Shown here: piece after piece, positions 50,845 through 63,629 of the stretch
Position numbering within the stretch: position 1 is the stretch's first letter
Layout: each line of letters begins with the position of its first letter
DNA from: Felis catus
Taxonomy: Eukaryota
NCBI RefSeq assembly: GCF_018350175.1
Contig: NC_058383.1
Span: forward strand, 26,724,001-26,788,000
Direction: 5' to 3'
DNA: 64,000 nucleotides
Position numbers and translations under genes: made by a program
Notes under the pieces: model-generated
What the model was told of the DNA's origin: nothing
Seen by the model: the letters and a program-made list of their open reading frames with translations, nothing else
Databases searched by the model: none

Positions 50845-51240
50845 ACAGCCTTCACTGTGGCTCTTGCTACCCAGTCCTTGAGCTGCAGCATCAGCATCAC
50901 CTGGTAGCGTGTGAGAAATGCAGAGTCCCAGGCCCTGCCCAGGACCTACTGAACTAGAATCTACATTTTGACAAGATGACTCATGTGCTCATTAAAGTCC
51001 AAGAGCCCTTCTCTGAAGAGGTGAATACCAGTGGGGTGGCCCTCTGGCTCCCTCCTCTCAGATGGAGGTTTTCAACCCTGGAAGCACCTTTGCATCTCCT
51101 GGGGAGCTTTTAAAAATCCCTCTTCCGTGGACATCCTCCCAAACTAATGAAGTCAGAATCTCCGAGGCTGGATGCAGGTACCAGAATACCGTAGAGCTGC
51201 TTGGATGATTCCAGTGGGTCCCTGGGCTGGAAGCACTGCC
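50845..51240. mobile_element. Two MER5-like elements (~50845-51010, ~51065-51240)
   Basis: cagcatcagcatcacctgg...cctactgaa; ttttcaaccctgg...cctggggagcttttaaaa. Confidence 0.7.
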
Positions 51241-51934
51241 CAAGACTCAGCATATTCTTCGGGAGCCCAGGCATATGACTGAACCAGTGTGGCTTCTGGT
51301 CCAGCAGAGGCTGGAGAGTGTCTCTCCTGTCCTTGTGGGAACCACAGTGTGTCTGGATCTCCCTCCTTTCCTCTTTCTTACTCCTTCTAACATCTGTGGA
51401 ATCTTGTCTGTCTGGAGAAACCCACCTCCCCCCAGGATCTCATTCTTGCTTATCTAACCACATTCTCTCTGCTCAAAGGAAAGAAGCAGGGGTATCAATC
51501 GAGTGTTTCTGCTTCAGGTAGAAGAAACCTACTCTGGTAAATTTCAAGAGGGAATGAATTGGAAGAAACAAGAGGAATAACACTGATAACCACCCACTTT
51601 TATTGAGGGTTTACTATGTCCCTGGCAGTGTCCTGAACCCTGTAGGTCTACTAACCTCTTCAAGTCTCAAACAGCTGTATGGAATCCATAGTATTATTAT
51701 TGTTATTATTATTCCCAGTTTATCAAGGAATGAACTGAGCCCTGGTGAGGTTGTATGATTTGCCCATAGTTACATAAGTAGAGACACACCCAGGATTGAA
51801 ACTGTTCCTCTGGTTGCCCAGTGTTTACAGTGCCCACCTCTGCTTTCATGCTTCTCTTGACAGTACGAAACATGCCTCTTCCAGATTAGGCACGTGTGAG
51901 ATGTCTTTGCAACCCTAAGCCAATAGTCATTCCA

Positions 51935-52690
51935 ACACCAGTTTGATTCTCTGACTCCAGCTGGCATCCAGTAATGCAATTCAGTTATCATACTATCTAC
52001 CCGTAGTTACCGAAGACCCTACAGGTTAATGCCCCCACTTCAATCACAAATGGGAGTCCCCAGGCTACCTTCACTTTTGCCTGGCCAGTTTTAAATTCAG
52101 GAGTTCCCAGGGCACCCAGGTGGCTCAGTTGGTTAAGCATCTGACTCTTGGTCTTGGCTCAGAGCATGATCTCACTGTTCATGAGTTCAAGCCCCACATC
52201 AGACTCTATGCTGAGAGCACAGAACCTTCTTGGGATTCTCTCTCTGCCCCTCCCCTGGTGTTCGCACTTGCTCTCTCTCTCTCAAAATAAATAAATAAAC
52301 TTGGAAAAAATGCAGGGGTTCCCTCCCCCACTTTCAGTTCCAATAATGTGCTAGAAGGACTCAAAGAACTCAGCAAAGTGCTATCCTTACTCTTACAGTT
52401 TATCATAAAGGCAGATGAACAGCCAGATGAAGACAGATAGGGCAAGGTCTGGGGGTCCTGAGTGCAGGGGCCTCTGTTCCTGTGAAAATGGAGTCTGCCA
52501 CACTTCTGGCACGTGAGTGTGCTCCTCAACTGGGAAGTCCTCCAAACCCTCTTGTTTAGGGTTTTTTCAAATCAAGGTTCCAATACATAGGCATGATTGG
52601 CCATTTGTGATTGAACTCCATCTCCGGCCCCCTCCCCTCTCTGAAGGTCAGGGGTGGGGCTGAAAGTTCCAGCTCTCTAATCAGGTGCTA
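51935..52690. mobile_element. MER21-like ERVL LTR split by SINE
   Basis: ctccagctgg...caattcagtt; ctagaaggactcaaagaactcag; ggtcaggggtggggctgaaagttcca. Confidence 0.75.
52110..52310 (+). mobile_element. CAN-SINE
   Basis: gggcacccaggtggctcagttggttaagc; TSD cagg(a/g)gttccc. Confidence 0.88.
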
Positions 52691-55029
52691 TGGTCTCTAT
52701 GGTGTTCTATACCCATAGAACTGTATACCACGAAGAATTTTACTGTATGCAAAGTAAAAAAAAAAATGTTTAAAGCCTCAAAATCGTAAATGAGCATCAC
52801 TGTAAAAAGAGGATGTTGGAATGGATGCTCAGCAGTCAAAAAATGTGTAACATTGGTTACACAGGGAGCTCCTTTATTTTACATGGGTTTGTGTGTCTTT
52901 GATGATTTTCAACAAAGGCTATTAGATTTTGCCTTGCACCCCTTCAATTTTTACTAGGTTGATGCTTGCTCTACTAGAGTACTTTGGCTTGTGAGGGCAG
53001 ACACATATCCTGGGAAGACTGTTGTCAGTGTGTGTGTGTGGGGGGCTTCTAGAACATTCTTGTGGCTCATTGGATCAAGGGCTCTGTGCCAGTCCTGGAC
53101 TGAGCACTTCAGGGTGTCATGATGTGATGGAGAGTCCATGCACTTTTGAGGCAGACGTAGCTGGGCATAAAACCAGGCTGTCATACTCACCAGCTGTGCA
53201 ATGCTGGGCAAGACACTCTTCCCCCTGAAAACAGCAGCATCCGCTCAGCCTGCCCTATAGAGCTCTTGCTGTGGGGCAAGAGATTAAGACAGGTTATATG
53301 CTCAGCATGATACTTGCCACATTACAGTAAGTGCTGAACAAAGGCTAGCTATATTGTCATCATGTTGACCAATTATTTTATTTTATATGATTTTTAAAGA
53401 TATGCTGTGTAATACAGGAGGGAGTGAGAATGGGAAATCCGATGACTTCAGGAGTTCAAGGAAGAAATTCATGGAAGAGATTGGTGATGATGTCAGCAAG
53501 ATCTGCAGACCCACACAAGGTTTCCATGTGTTTCTTCACTCAGTTTCACTCTTCCCTGGTGGGCAATAAATCTGGAAGACAGTAATTCCCAGAGTTAAGA
53601 TGAGAGTAACACAGGATGTTTGCAGAAGGGTTGAATATTTCAAAGGATAACTGCCAATACTTCCTTAAAAAACCAACCAACCGACCGACCAACCAACCAA
53701 CCACATGAACTCAGGTAAATATTGTTTCTTCCATGGCTTCAGTTTACCCATGTCTAAAGTGAGGGCTTGGGCTCTTTTCCCACATTAAGCCAAGAACTGA
53801 TTGAAAAATAAGTATAGGCATTTGATAGTCATCAAAATAAGAGCTTTCTTCTGGCACATCTGCTTTAGAGAACACATTAAAAAAAAACTGTAGTAACCAA
53901 TTATAATGTTCTATGAATAAAAAGTATGGGGACAACCCAGAACAAATCTGGATTAGACATAGGAGCCAGGGAAATACCATTTAAGGTCTGATCTGAAAGA
54001 GTACCTGGAGGTGAGACCATTCCAGCTGAGGGATCAGCATATGCAAAGGTCCTGTGGCAAGATGGAGAACAGCATGTTTGAGAAACTGAAAGAATGTCAG
54101 TGTGGCTGGAGGGTAGTGAGTGAGGGAAAGCAGGTAAGGCCCACCTTACATCAGGCCTATGGAATCCAGTAAAGATTGCTCATTCTTAAAACCCAAGATC
54201 AAAGGGTTTTCAGCCTGAGAGTGACATCAGCAGTTTTGCAGATGCTTGGTCTGGCTGCAGTGTGGAGAGTGAATCAGATCTCTCCTTTTTGGAAAGGACT
54301 GCATCATAACCCTCCCTCTGCAAGTCTACCTTCCCACTTACAGCCACTTTTTGGGACAAAGAGGAACAGCCTAATGGCAGGAGGAGGCTGGGTAGAAGCT
54401 CCAACAAGGAAGACAGGGCATTTGTGAGCTGAGTGGAGAATGGGTGTAATTAAAAGGAAAAGGTACAAAGACCTGGCTCGGCTCCTTCTGCCAGTAATGA
54501 TTATACCACACATTCTTGCTTTAATATCGACTTCGTATGAAAGTTATATTGGTCCCCAGCTTGAGTTCTCAGCCCAGGGGCAGTACAAGAATGTGAGAAG
54601 CAAATACCGTCTCTGGGAGATAAAAATCCAAGGGAATTTTTATGTTATGTCTCTGGTCCCTTGACATGAATTGGCTTTATCTAGTTGTCAGATAAAACCC
54701 CAGTGCAACCATTAATTTGTAGTGGCCTTGGCTGATGGGTGAAGGTATTATTTTGCAGCTTAAAACCTCAACAGCTATGTCCTTCCTCTTCCAAAGTGGT
54801 AATTAGACCCAGTTAGATGTGACCCTTGCCAGCTGAGTTGTGCTCAATACTGTTGAATTGTGCTGGGGAAGGCTCCTGAATTAGAGACATTGATTATGAA
54901 ATTTTTGCAGGATGAAAGTCCTGTCTTGTATAGAAAGGGTATGTATAGGGAAAGCATATGGCGAGACTAGAATTCTGTTCCAGTTATGAGTCATTCATCC
55001 AACAAGTATTTATTGAGCACTGTTCTGGA

Positions 55030-55450
55030 CGTTATTGTTTTCCCACCCAGATCCCATTGGAGAGGTCAAGGCACCCACCCCCCAGCTGCTGTGGGTGTAG
55101 GGAATTGTGAGTGTAGGAATTCTCTTACAGGGAATTGAGCTCTGCCAATGGTGTTTGGAAATGCCTGGGAGGTTATGCTTGCACCCCCCCCCCCCCCCCG
55201 CCTCGCTCAGGGCAGCCCACTGCCAGTAGAGAGTGTATCCAAAAGGCTGGCCCCATGACTCAAGTTGGATAACTCTGTGATGTCACTTATGTGCCCTGTG
55301 GGATCAGAACAAGCCTAGGCTTCTGATGAATCCATATCCACCCACCCTCTTCTGCTCGTCTGTCTTGTTTCCGTCACTCCCTTCCTCCATTATTCATGGC
55401 ATAAGAATCCCCGTTTGAGGCTTTGCTTCTTGGGAGCCTGATCTAGGACG
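55030..55450. mobile_element. LTR16-like ERVL LTR
   Basis: cacccagatccc...cccagctgctg...gccctgtgggatcag. Confidence 0.6.
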
Positions 55451-56355
55451 AGTACCCATTGTGTGCCCTGCCCTGAGGTAGATATTAAACAAGATGGGCA
55501 GAGCCTGTACCCTACTGCAGCTCAGTGTCTTCTAGGGAGTCTGATTTCCCGTCCCTTAATCTTGTAATTTTGAGAAGTCTCTTAAGCTCCGCCAGTTCCA
55601 AAGTTCCCGTCTGTCAAATAATGGTAACAGCACTTGCCTTGCCTAAAAGGACCAAGTAACGGCAGTGCAAGGATGGTTTTAGTTCCCTCTGCAGTCCGTC
55701 AGCTTCCCTTACTCATAACTGCTTCTGGACAAGAGTCCTGTCTTCTACTTCCAGCTAGGGTACTGCTCCTATATATAGATATTCTGGATTCTCCACTGGG
55801 TCTTTAGAATCACAGGTAGATGGAATACTGAATTTCATTTTGCTCTATTCCACCTTGGTGCCCGTTGAATGAAAGAATGATTGTATGATTAACAGCACTA
55901 TCGTTAAAGCCCCACATATCTAGCCCTTAACTATGGACCAGATACTGAGATAAGCACTTCATTGCCTCCTTTTATAGAGAAGGAAAGAGAGGCAATGAAA
56001 TGCCAGAAGTACTGAATATGAGGGCATTTTGAAAACTATGTAAAACACACATACAGAGGTAAAATGTATGTGTAAATGTGTAAATGCGTAGGCTTTGGGT
56101 GAACAGATTAAGTCACAGTATTGACTTTCCCCAAGAAAATTGCTGGAAGGAATTTTTGTTTAAATATTTTTCAATAACGTGTTCCTTTGTTCATTTCATC
56201 TGTAGACGACTCCTTTAACCCATTGTTCAAAGTTGTGGATGTTGTTTTTGAACCTTTAAACCAAACACTTGCAGATGATTCCCCTCAGGATAGAAAAAAG
56301 GAAGCAAGAAAGAAAAAAGAAAATCATGACCACCTGCTATTATAAAAGGAGACTC

Positions 56356-56595
56356 TTTTTTTTTTTTAATTTTTTTTTTAATTTTTTTTTAACGTTTATT
56401 TATTTTTGAGACAGAGAGAGACAGAGCATGAACAGGGGAGGGGCAGAGAGAGAGAGAGAGACACAGAATCTGAAACAGGCTCCAGGCTCCGAGCTGTCAG
56501 CACAGAGCCCGACGCGGGGCTCGAACTCACAGACTGTGAGATCATGACCTGAGCCGAAGTCGGATGCTCAACCGACCAAGCCACCCAGGCGCCCC
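56356..56595 (-). mobile_element. Young feliform CAN-SINE
   Basis: CpG-rich cccgacgcggggctcgaactc; ends caggcgcccc. Confidence 0.93.
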
Positions 56596-57319
56596 AAAGG
56601 TGGATTTGTTGTAAGGAAGTGTGCATGTCTAATGGGACTCCCAGGCAGAAAGTGCCACTGGAGCTCAGATGGGTCGGCAGGGACCAAGGCAGTCTCTCCC
56701 CTGCCTTTCTCTTGCTTGGGGTGGGGGGGACACATGTTTACCGCCTGGGTTTCTCTTTTGGCACTTCTGCTCGATTCTCTCTCAGCAGTGTTGTGGCTGT
56801 CTGTGGCTAAAGACACTCACCCGAGTGGAGGTTCCAGATTGCTCTGATTGAAGGGCCAACGGAGACGCCTAGCGTTTCTGAGTTTCACTTCCCAAATGGG
56901 GTGAACTGGCGCAGTTTAGATCAGGTATCTATATGTGGTCTGCCTCACTTCAGTTCTAGAAAGCTTTCCTGAGAGCAGCGGCAAAGGGAACTGAGGCAGG
57001 GTGGCATCCCTTCTCCTCTGGGCTCCAGGCGGGCGCAGCTCACCACGCCTGCTCGGCCCCCGCCTGGATGTCTTCAGGCACCTCCCACTAAAGTGTTGGA
57101 AGAGAGCTCCTTTCTCTCCTTCAAACGCATTCATCTCTCGTTCCTTTCCGTCTCAGCAAGGGGCAGCCACGCTTTCTGGAGGCAGAATTCTGGTGTTCAT
57201 TACCAGTTCCTCACCATTCAGCTCATCTCTAAGACCTATCCTCTTGGCCTCCAAAATATACTTGAAATTTGCCCATTTCTCTTCATCCTTACCATCCCCA
57301 TCCTGGTCTAAGTCACTGT

Positions 57320-57685
57320 ATTCGTTTTCTATTACTGTCTAACTAATTACCCCCAAACTTAGCAGCTTCAAACGGCACAGAGTGCCCGTGGGTCGAGAGT
57401 CTGGGTGTAGGTCACCTGGGGCCTCTGGCTCAGGGTCTCTCACAGGCTGCAGTAGAGGTGTCTCCTGGGGGTCCAGTCATCTCAGGGAAGGAAGTGGGGA
57501 GGAACCCCATCCAAGCTCACGTGATTGTTGACAAGATTCAATTCCTTCAGAGTTGTTGGGCCGACGGCCCCTCGGACCCTACCTGGCTATTGGCCAGAGG
57601 CTGCCCTCAGCTCCTTGCTTTGATGGTCTCCCCACAGGACAGCTTGCTTCATCAGAGCAAGCATGTGAGGGGAGAGAGAGAGAGA
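57320..57685 (-). mobile_element. MLT1F-like LTR
   Basis: ccccaaacttagcagctt...ctctggctcagggtctctcacaggctgca. Confidence 0.7.
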
Positions 57686-58179
57686 ATGAATAATGTTGAA
57701 CCGTATCAGCCCCATCCACAGATTTAGAAGAGCCAATACTTTCTCAGTCTTGCTTGGGTTGATTTGAGTTGGGTTTATGTGGCTTACAGCCTCCCTATTT
57801 TTTCAGAGTAAAATCTAGAGTAAAATCACGTTGGCATACAAAACCTACATGAGCTGGCCTCTTTATTCAGTGACTGCATCCCCTGTCCTTCTCATCATGA
57901 CTCACTCTGCTCCCCCCACGATGGTCTCCTTGCTGTCCCTCATACACATCAGTCCTTATTCCATACTGATCTTATCAGACTTTTTGGGTGTGGTCCTGGC
58001 ATTTTTTTTGAAATAGCCATTGATTCTAATGTGCATCCAGGGCTGAGAATCATCCCTTCAGAGTAATAAAGAAGACCAATGAATATTATTAAGACAGGCA
58101 CTATAAAGAATTTAGTCAAGTTTATATATAATTTATATATAATTTGTCTCCTGTCAACAAAGAATTCACTTGCTTTCCA

Positions 58180-58348
58180 ATTTTATTTTATTATTATTTT
58201 TTTATTTTTGAGAGAGAAAGAGAGAGAGAGAGAGACAGAGAGAATCCCAAGCAGGTTCCATGCTCAGCATGGAGCCTGACACAAGGCCCATTCTCACAAA
58301 CCATGAGATCATGACCTGAGCTGAAAGCAAGAGTTGGACGCTTAACCG
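58180..58348 (-). mobile_element. CAN-SINE
   Basis: ends gagccacccaggtgcccc. Confidence 0.88.
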
Positions 58349-58810
58349 AATGAGCCACCCAGGTGCCCCTCTTTCCAGTTTTATCTATAACATAGGAAAT
58401 CACTTGCCTATACAATTTAAAATTTGTTTTAAGACTCCCTAGGACTCGGTTATTTATTATAATCCTGAGGTTCAAAAAATGTGTTCTAGGAAACTATATT
58501 TGTTCAAATGTTTGTTGTAGAAAAGACTATTTGTCCTCCTAAGGTCATAAACTGAATTTGTTACAGGAGGTTGATTTTGTGCTTTTAGCTTGTGATCATT
58601 AAACTACTTTTCAACTCTACCAGCTAGGGTACTATTTGATATTCAAATTAATTCTCCTTTACAAAAATGTTATTTTGCAAATAACGAAGTGACTCTAATG
58701 GATTACCTTTAAAATATGAGGCAAAATCTTGATTTTCTATGCATCAATAATTTTAAAGAATCCCCCCACCTCGCCGTTCATTACACGTATGCCAGAAAGA
58801 ATCTGTCTTG

Positions 58811-59117
58811 ATTTTTTTTTAAAGATTTTATTTTAGAGGTGCCTGGGTGGCTCAACAGTTAAGTGTCTGACTCTTGATCTCAGCTCAGGTTTTGATCTCC
58901 GGGTCATGAGTTCAAGTCCTGCGTTGGGCTCCACACTGGATGTGAAGCCCAGTTAAAAAAAAAAAAGACTTTCTTTCTTCCTTTATTTTTTCTTTTCTTT
59001 TCTTTTCTTTTCTTTTCTGTCCTTTTCTTTTCTTCCTTTCCTTTCCTTTTTTTCTTCCTTCCTTCCTTCCTTCCTTCCTTCCTTCCTTCCTTCCTTCCTT
59101 CCTTCTTTCTTTCTTTT

Positions 59118-59173
<56 letters not shown>

Positions 59174-59400
59174 TTTCTTTCTTTTTCAAATCTTAAGCAG
59201 GCTCCATGCTCAGTGTGAAGCCTGATGTGGTGCTTGGTCTCACAACACTGATATCATAACCTGAGCCGAAATCAGGAGTCAGATGCTTAATGGACTGAGC
59301 CACCCGGGTGCTCCTAAAGGTTTGCTTTTAAGTAAGGCTTGAAGTCACAACCCCAAGATCAAGAATCACGTGCTCTACCAACCAAGCCAGCCAGGTGCCT
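58811..59400. mobile_element. Cluster of three nested CAN-SINEs with (TTTC)n/(TTCC)n tract
   Basis: plus SINE ~58836-58965, pyrimidine tract ~58970-59187, minus SINE ~59188-59314, outer minus SINE head ~59330-59400; outer TSD gtcttgattttt. Confidence 0.8.
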
Positions 59401-59744
59401 TCAGTCTTGATTTTTGATGGCTTCCTGGTTCAAGTTTCTTAGGAGACCAAGTTCTTCTTAGTGACCTGTGAGGTTTCCCCAATTCCTTTTATAAAATCCT
59501 TAGTTTGGTTTATGCCACTTGAGTGCATTTTGTACCAAGGCAATTATTAATTCTGACAGCAGCCTCCATTGTGAGTATTCCTATTCCCATTTTACAGATG
59601 TGTAATCTGAGCCCCAAATCCTCACAATTAGGAGTTGGTAATCTCTGGGTGACCCCCCAGATCTTATGAATTTAAACTCTCACAGAAACAGCTAATATGG
59701 CACACTCCTCTTAAAAAAAGATATTCACAAGACTTTTCAACTCT

Positions 59745-60105
59745 TACCACCAATTCCAGTGTATTTTCATCACCCCAAAAAGAAACCCTCTATCGATTAA
59801 GCAGTCATTCCTCATTTGTCTCTGCCCCCACCCTCCATCAACCATTAATCTACTTCCTATCTCTTTGGATTTTCCCACTCTGGATGTTTCATATAATTGG
59901 AATCATACAATGTGTGGCCTTTTGTGCCCATCTTCTTTCATTCGACGTAATATTTTCCAGGTTCATCTATGTTGTAACATGGGTCTGTCCTTTGTTCCGT
60001 TTTATGGCTGAATATTATTCTACTGTATGACTACACCACATTTTGGTTTTCCATTCATCAGTTGATAGACATTTGGATTATTTCCACCTTTTGGCTATTG
60101 TGAAG
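59745..60105 (-). mobile_element. L1MB-like 3' fragment
   Basis: catcaccccaaaaagaaaccc; ttccaccttttggctattgtgaa. Confidence 0.85.
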
Positions 60106-60199
60106 CATGTCCTTTGATTAAAATCCTGCCACAGGAGTCTTGTTCTTCAAATTAGACAGAGGACACATCCTGTTTCACACACTTAAAAAATTACTCTGT

Positions 60200-60795
60200 G
60201 GGGTCTGTTCCAGGTACTATTTCTATGTAACAAATCACACCAATATTTACTGGCATAAACAACAACTTTACTACTCTCATGGCTCTTATGGGTTAAGAAT
60301 TCAGACTAGGTGCCGAGGCAATGGCTTACTTCTGCTCCATGATGTCTGGGGACTCAGCTGGAAAAACTCAGGAATTAAGGGTGACTTGATGGCTAGTGGT
60401 TGGAGGCATTGGGAGGAATCTTTTGTCACATGTCTATTTCATGTTGACTGTTAGCTGGGACCTCAGCTATCCAGCTGTCTAAAACATCCTCATGTGACCT
60501 CTCCCCCTGGTCTCTCCACATGGGCAGGTGGTACTTCCTCACAACATGGTGGCTGGGGTCCAAGAGTGAGCACCCCAAGAAAGCAAGGAGGAAGTGCATA
60601 TAGTTATTATGCTCTATCCCTGGAAGTCAAATAACATATTTTCTGCTATAGTCTATTGATTGAGCCACTTGCTAAGATCCGAGGGAGTGGGATCATAGAC
60701 TCCATCACTGAACATGGAGAATATCAAGATCATGTTATAAGAACATGTGGCACGGGAGCTATTGTCATGGCCATCTTTGGAAAAAACAGTCTACA
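60200..60795 (-). mobile_element. MLT1H-like LTR
   Basis: tgctccatgatgtctgggg...cttcctcacaacatggtggctggg. Confidence 0.7.
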
Positions 60796-60969
60796 ACAGG
60801 GACCTTGCACTGGGTTGGGCCCATGCCAGGTGTTGAGTAGATTCTTATTGAATTAAGTGGAATTTATGCCCATCAACAATTATACTTAGGTCTACTCTCT
60901 GATCTGTTCTTTAGTCTACTTTCTCCCTCAGAAGTGACTCTTTTCTGGGCACAGTTCTTAAGCTTTGTT

Positions 60970-61198
60970 TTTTCCTTTTAATTTTTTTTTAAAACATTTA
61001 TTCATTTTTTGGGAGACAGAGAGACAGAGCACAAGCAGGGAAGAGGCAGAGAGAGAGACACACACACAGAATCCAAAGCAGGCTCCAGACTCTGAGCTAT
61101 CAGCACAGAGCCTGATGTGGGGCTCGAACCCACCAACCGTGAGATCATGACCTGAGCCAAAGTCTGATGCTCAACCAACTGAGCCACCCAGGTTCCCC
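60970..61198 (-). mobile_element. Feliform CAN-SINE
   Basis: ends gagccacccaggttcccc. Confidence 0.9.
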
Positions 61199-62149
61199 TA
61201 AAGATTTTTTTTTTTAACCCTAGCTTAGAACTGCTTTCTGCAGTTTCCTAGCTGTGTGGTCTTAGACAAGTCACTTTGCTTCTCTGAGCCTCAGTTGTCT
61301 TACTTATAAAACAGGGGAATGTGTTTATTCCCACTCCATAAAACTATTTTGGGAATTCAGTGGGCTAAGGCATAAAGAGTGCTTATCACAGAGACTGGCT
61401 GGAGGTAAGGGTTCCATAAATGATAGATATTTTTATTGCTCTTGTGATTATCCGAATATAATCCCCATTCTCTTATGCTTTCCAGGATCCAGTCCGAACC
61501 TGAAAGATTAGGGCCAAATCCTGTTTGAGAAGAGATGGCAGAAATCACAACTCCCGTGCTTTTCTTATTTCCCATTTCTTTCTGTTTCTTTTATTAAGAT
61601 TGCCTGTCCTGCACATAACTTCCTGTTTACCAGCAGAGAGCTCAGGTCGTGGTGGACGCTACCAACCTAAAACGCTGAAAAATAATAAAGCTCCAATCCC
61701 AGGGAAGTTTCCATCGTCCTAAAGTCAAAACTTGCAATCTTCCCTGGCACTGGAATTATCCTCAGTTAGAATCCCCAGCCTCCCTGCTGCTGTTGCTTGT
61801 TGCTGTAATTATTCTGTCGTCATTAATTCAATGAAGCCTATTAACCCCCATCAGATAGTGTATTTATCTACAATGCATGTTACCTGCTCCTCTAGACAAG
61901 GCAGCTGTCGTGCTTCAAGCCTGCTGTCTCTTTGTCCTCCTGTTGAGGTCCCACACTGTCAGCCTACAAGTGTTCCACACATATTATAGAATCCTCATGA
62001 ATGTTCTTGTAACTTCCCAAAGACTGACGGCTTGTTGGCCTGGTGGGGCCCCACCCTTAAGGGTAAAGTGCTCCATCCTGCGGTTCTGGGGAAAATTGTC
62101 CGTCCCCCTGCTTTCCCTCTTTTTTCCCATCCTTCCTTCCTTCTAGAGG

Positions 62150-62360
62150 CCGAGAGCATGGGTTCTGGAAGACGAGCACCTGTGTTGGAATCCTGGCTCT
62201 GCCTGCTGACTGTGTGGAGGTGGCTTAGTCTCCCTGAGCCTGTGTTTCCTCATCTGTGAAATGCTGGTAATAATGGTAGGACTTTAAATGTGTCAACATG
62301 CACGAAGTACATTACACCACTGCTTGGCTCACAGTCAGTGCACAGAAACGTTGCTGTTGT
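62150..62360 (+). mobile_element. MIR
   Basis: ctgagcctgtgtttcctcatctgtgaaatg. Confidence 0.8.
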
Positions 62361-62389
62361 TATTATTCCTTCCTTTTTTCTTCCTTCCT

Positions 62390-63220
62390 GTCTTAACTCA
62401 GGCTACTATTAAAAAATACCACAGACTGGGGGACTTAAACAACAGATCTTTATTTCTCACAGCTCTGGAGGCTGGATGTCCAAGATCAGGGTGCCCACAC
62501 GGTCAGTTTCTTGTGAGAGCCCTCTTTCAGGTTGCAGACTGCTGTTTTCTCCTTGTGTCCTCGCATGGTGGGAAAAGAGCTAGCTAGCTCTCCGGGGTCT
62601 CTTGTGTAAGGGCACGGCTCCCACTCCTGAGGGCTCCACCCTCATGACCCAATCACCCCAAAGACTCCCCAGCTCCTAAAACCATCACTTGGGCGTTAGG
62701 ATTTCAACATAGGAATTTTTTTTTTAAATTAATGTTTATTTATTTTTGAGAGAGAGAGAAAGAGAGAGACAAAGTGTGAGCTAGGGAAGAGGCAGAGAGA
62801 GGGAGAACACAGAATCCAAAGCAGGCTCCAGGCTCTGAGCTACCAGCACAGAGGCTGATGCGGGGCTTGAACACACAAGCCGCAAGATCATGACCTGAGC
62901 TGAAGTCAGACGCTTAACCGACTGAGCCGCCCAGGTGCCCCTTAATTTTTTAATGTTTATTTATTTTTGAGAGAGAGAGAGAGAGACAGAGCACAAGTAG
63001 GGGAGGGGCAGAGAGAGATGGAGGAGCAGAGAGAGAGGGAGACACAGAATCTGAAGCAGGCTCCAGGCTCTGAGCTGTCAGCCCAGAGCCTGATGCGGGG
63101 CTTGAGCCCACTAACCGTGAGATCATGACTTGAGCCGAAGTCAGACACTTAACCGACTGAGCTACCCAGGCGCCCCTCAACATAGGAATTTTGAGGGGAT
63201 ACAAACATTCAGTTCTTAAC
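62390..63220 (-). mobile_element. MLT1A-like solo LTR containing two tandem minus-strand SINEs (~62720-62941, ~62942-63176)
   Basis: aaaataccacagactggg...tccaagatcagggtgcc; TSD tcaacataggaatttt at 62704 and 63177. Confidence 0.85.
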
Positions 63221-63510
63221 ACCTTCCTTCCAAAGGAAGAAAGCCTTTTGTAAGCATGTCTTATGCGGCAGGTGCTCAGCTCGATTCTGGGCTGAACTAG
63301 TCTCTTGTGGCACCTGCACTGAGGGAGACAGGCATTAAATAATTACTAACAGGCACAGCTTGTGATAAATGCCACAGGGTACTAGGAATGGGTATAACAG
63401 GCATAGCTCGCTTTCTATGGAGGAGATGGGGCTGGCCAGGGAAGACTTCCTGGAGGAAGTGACATCTGAACACAGGTCTTAAAGAAAAATAAAATATTTC
63501 CAGGAGGAGG

Positions 63511-63512
<2 letters not shown>

Positions 63513-63562
<50 letters not shown>
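63513..63562. repeat. (TG)n microsatellite
   Basis: perfect TG run of ~25 units. Confidence 0.95.
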
Positions 63563-63565
<3 letters not shown>

Positions 63566-63629
63566 GTTAAAAACAGAGCACCTCTGACTGTGGGAACCCC
63601 ATACAGAAAGCTCTGAAGGAGCCTTCATT

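Noticed and set aside
53400..53519. Exon-like purine-rich segment after tttttaaag
   Set aside because: Weak donor (gtttcc), no recognisable peptide and no partner exons
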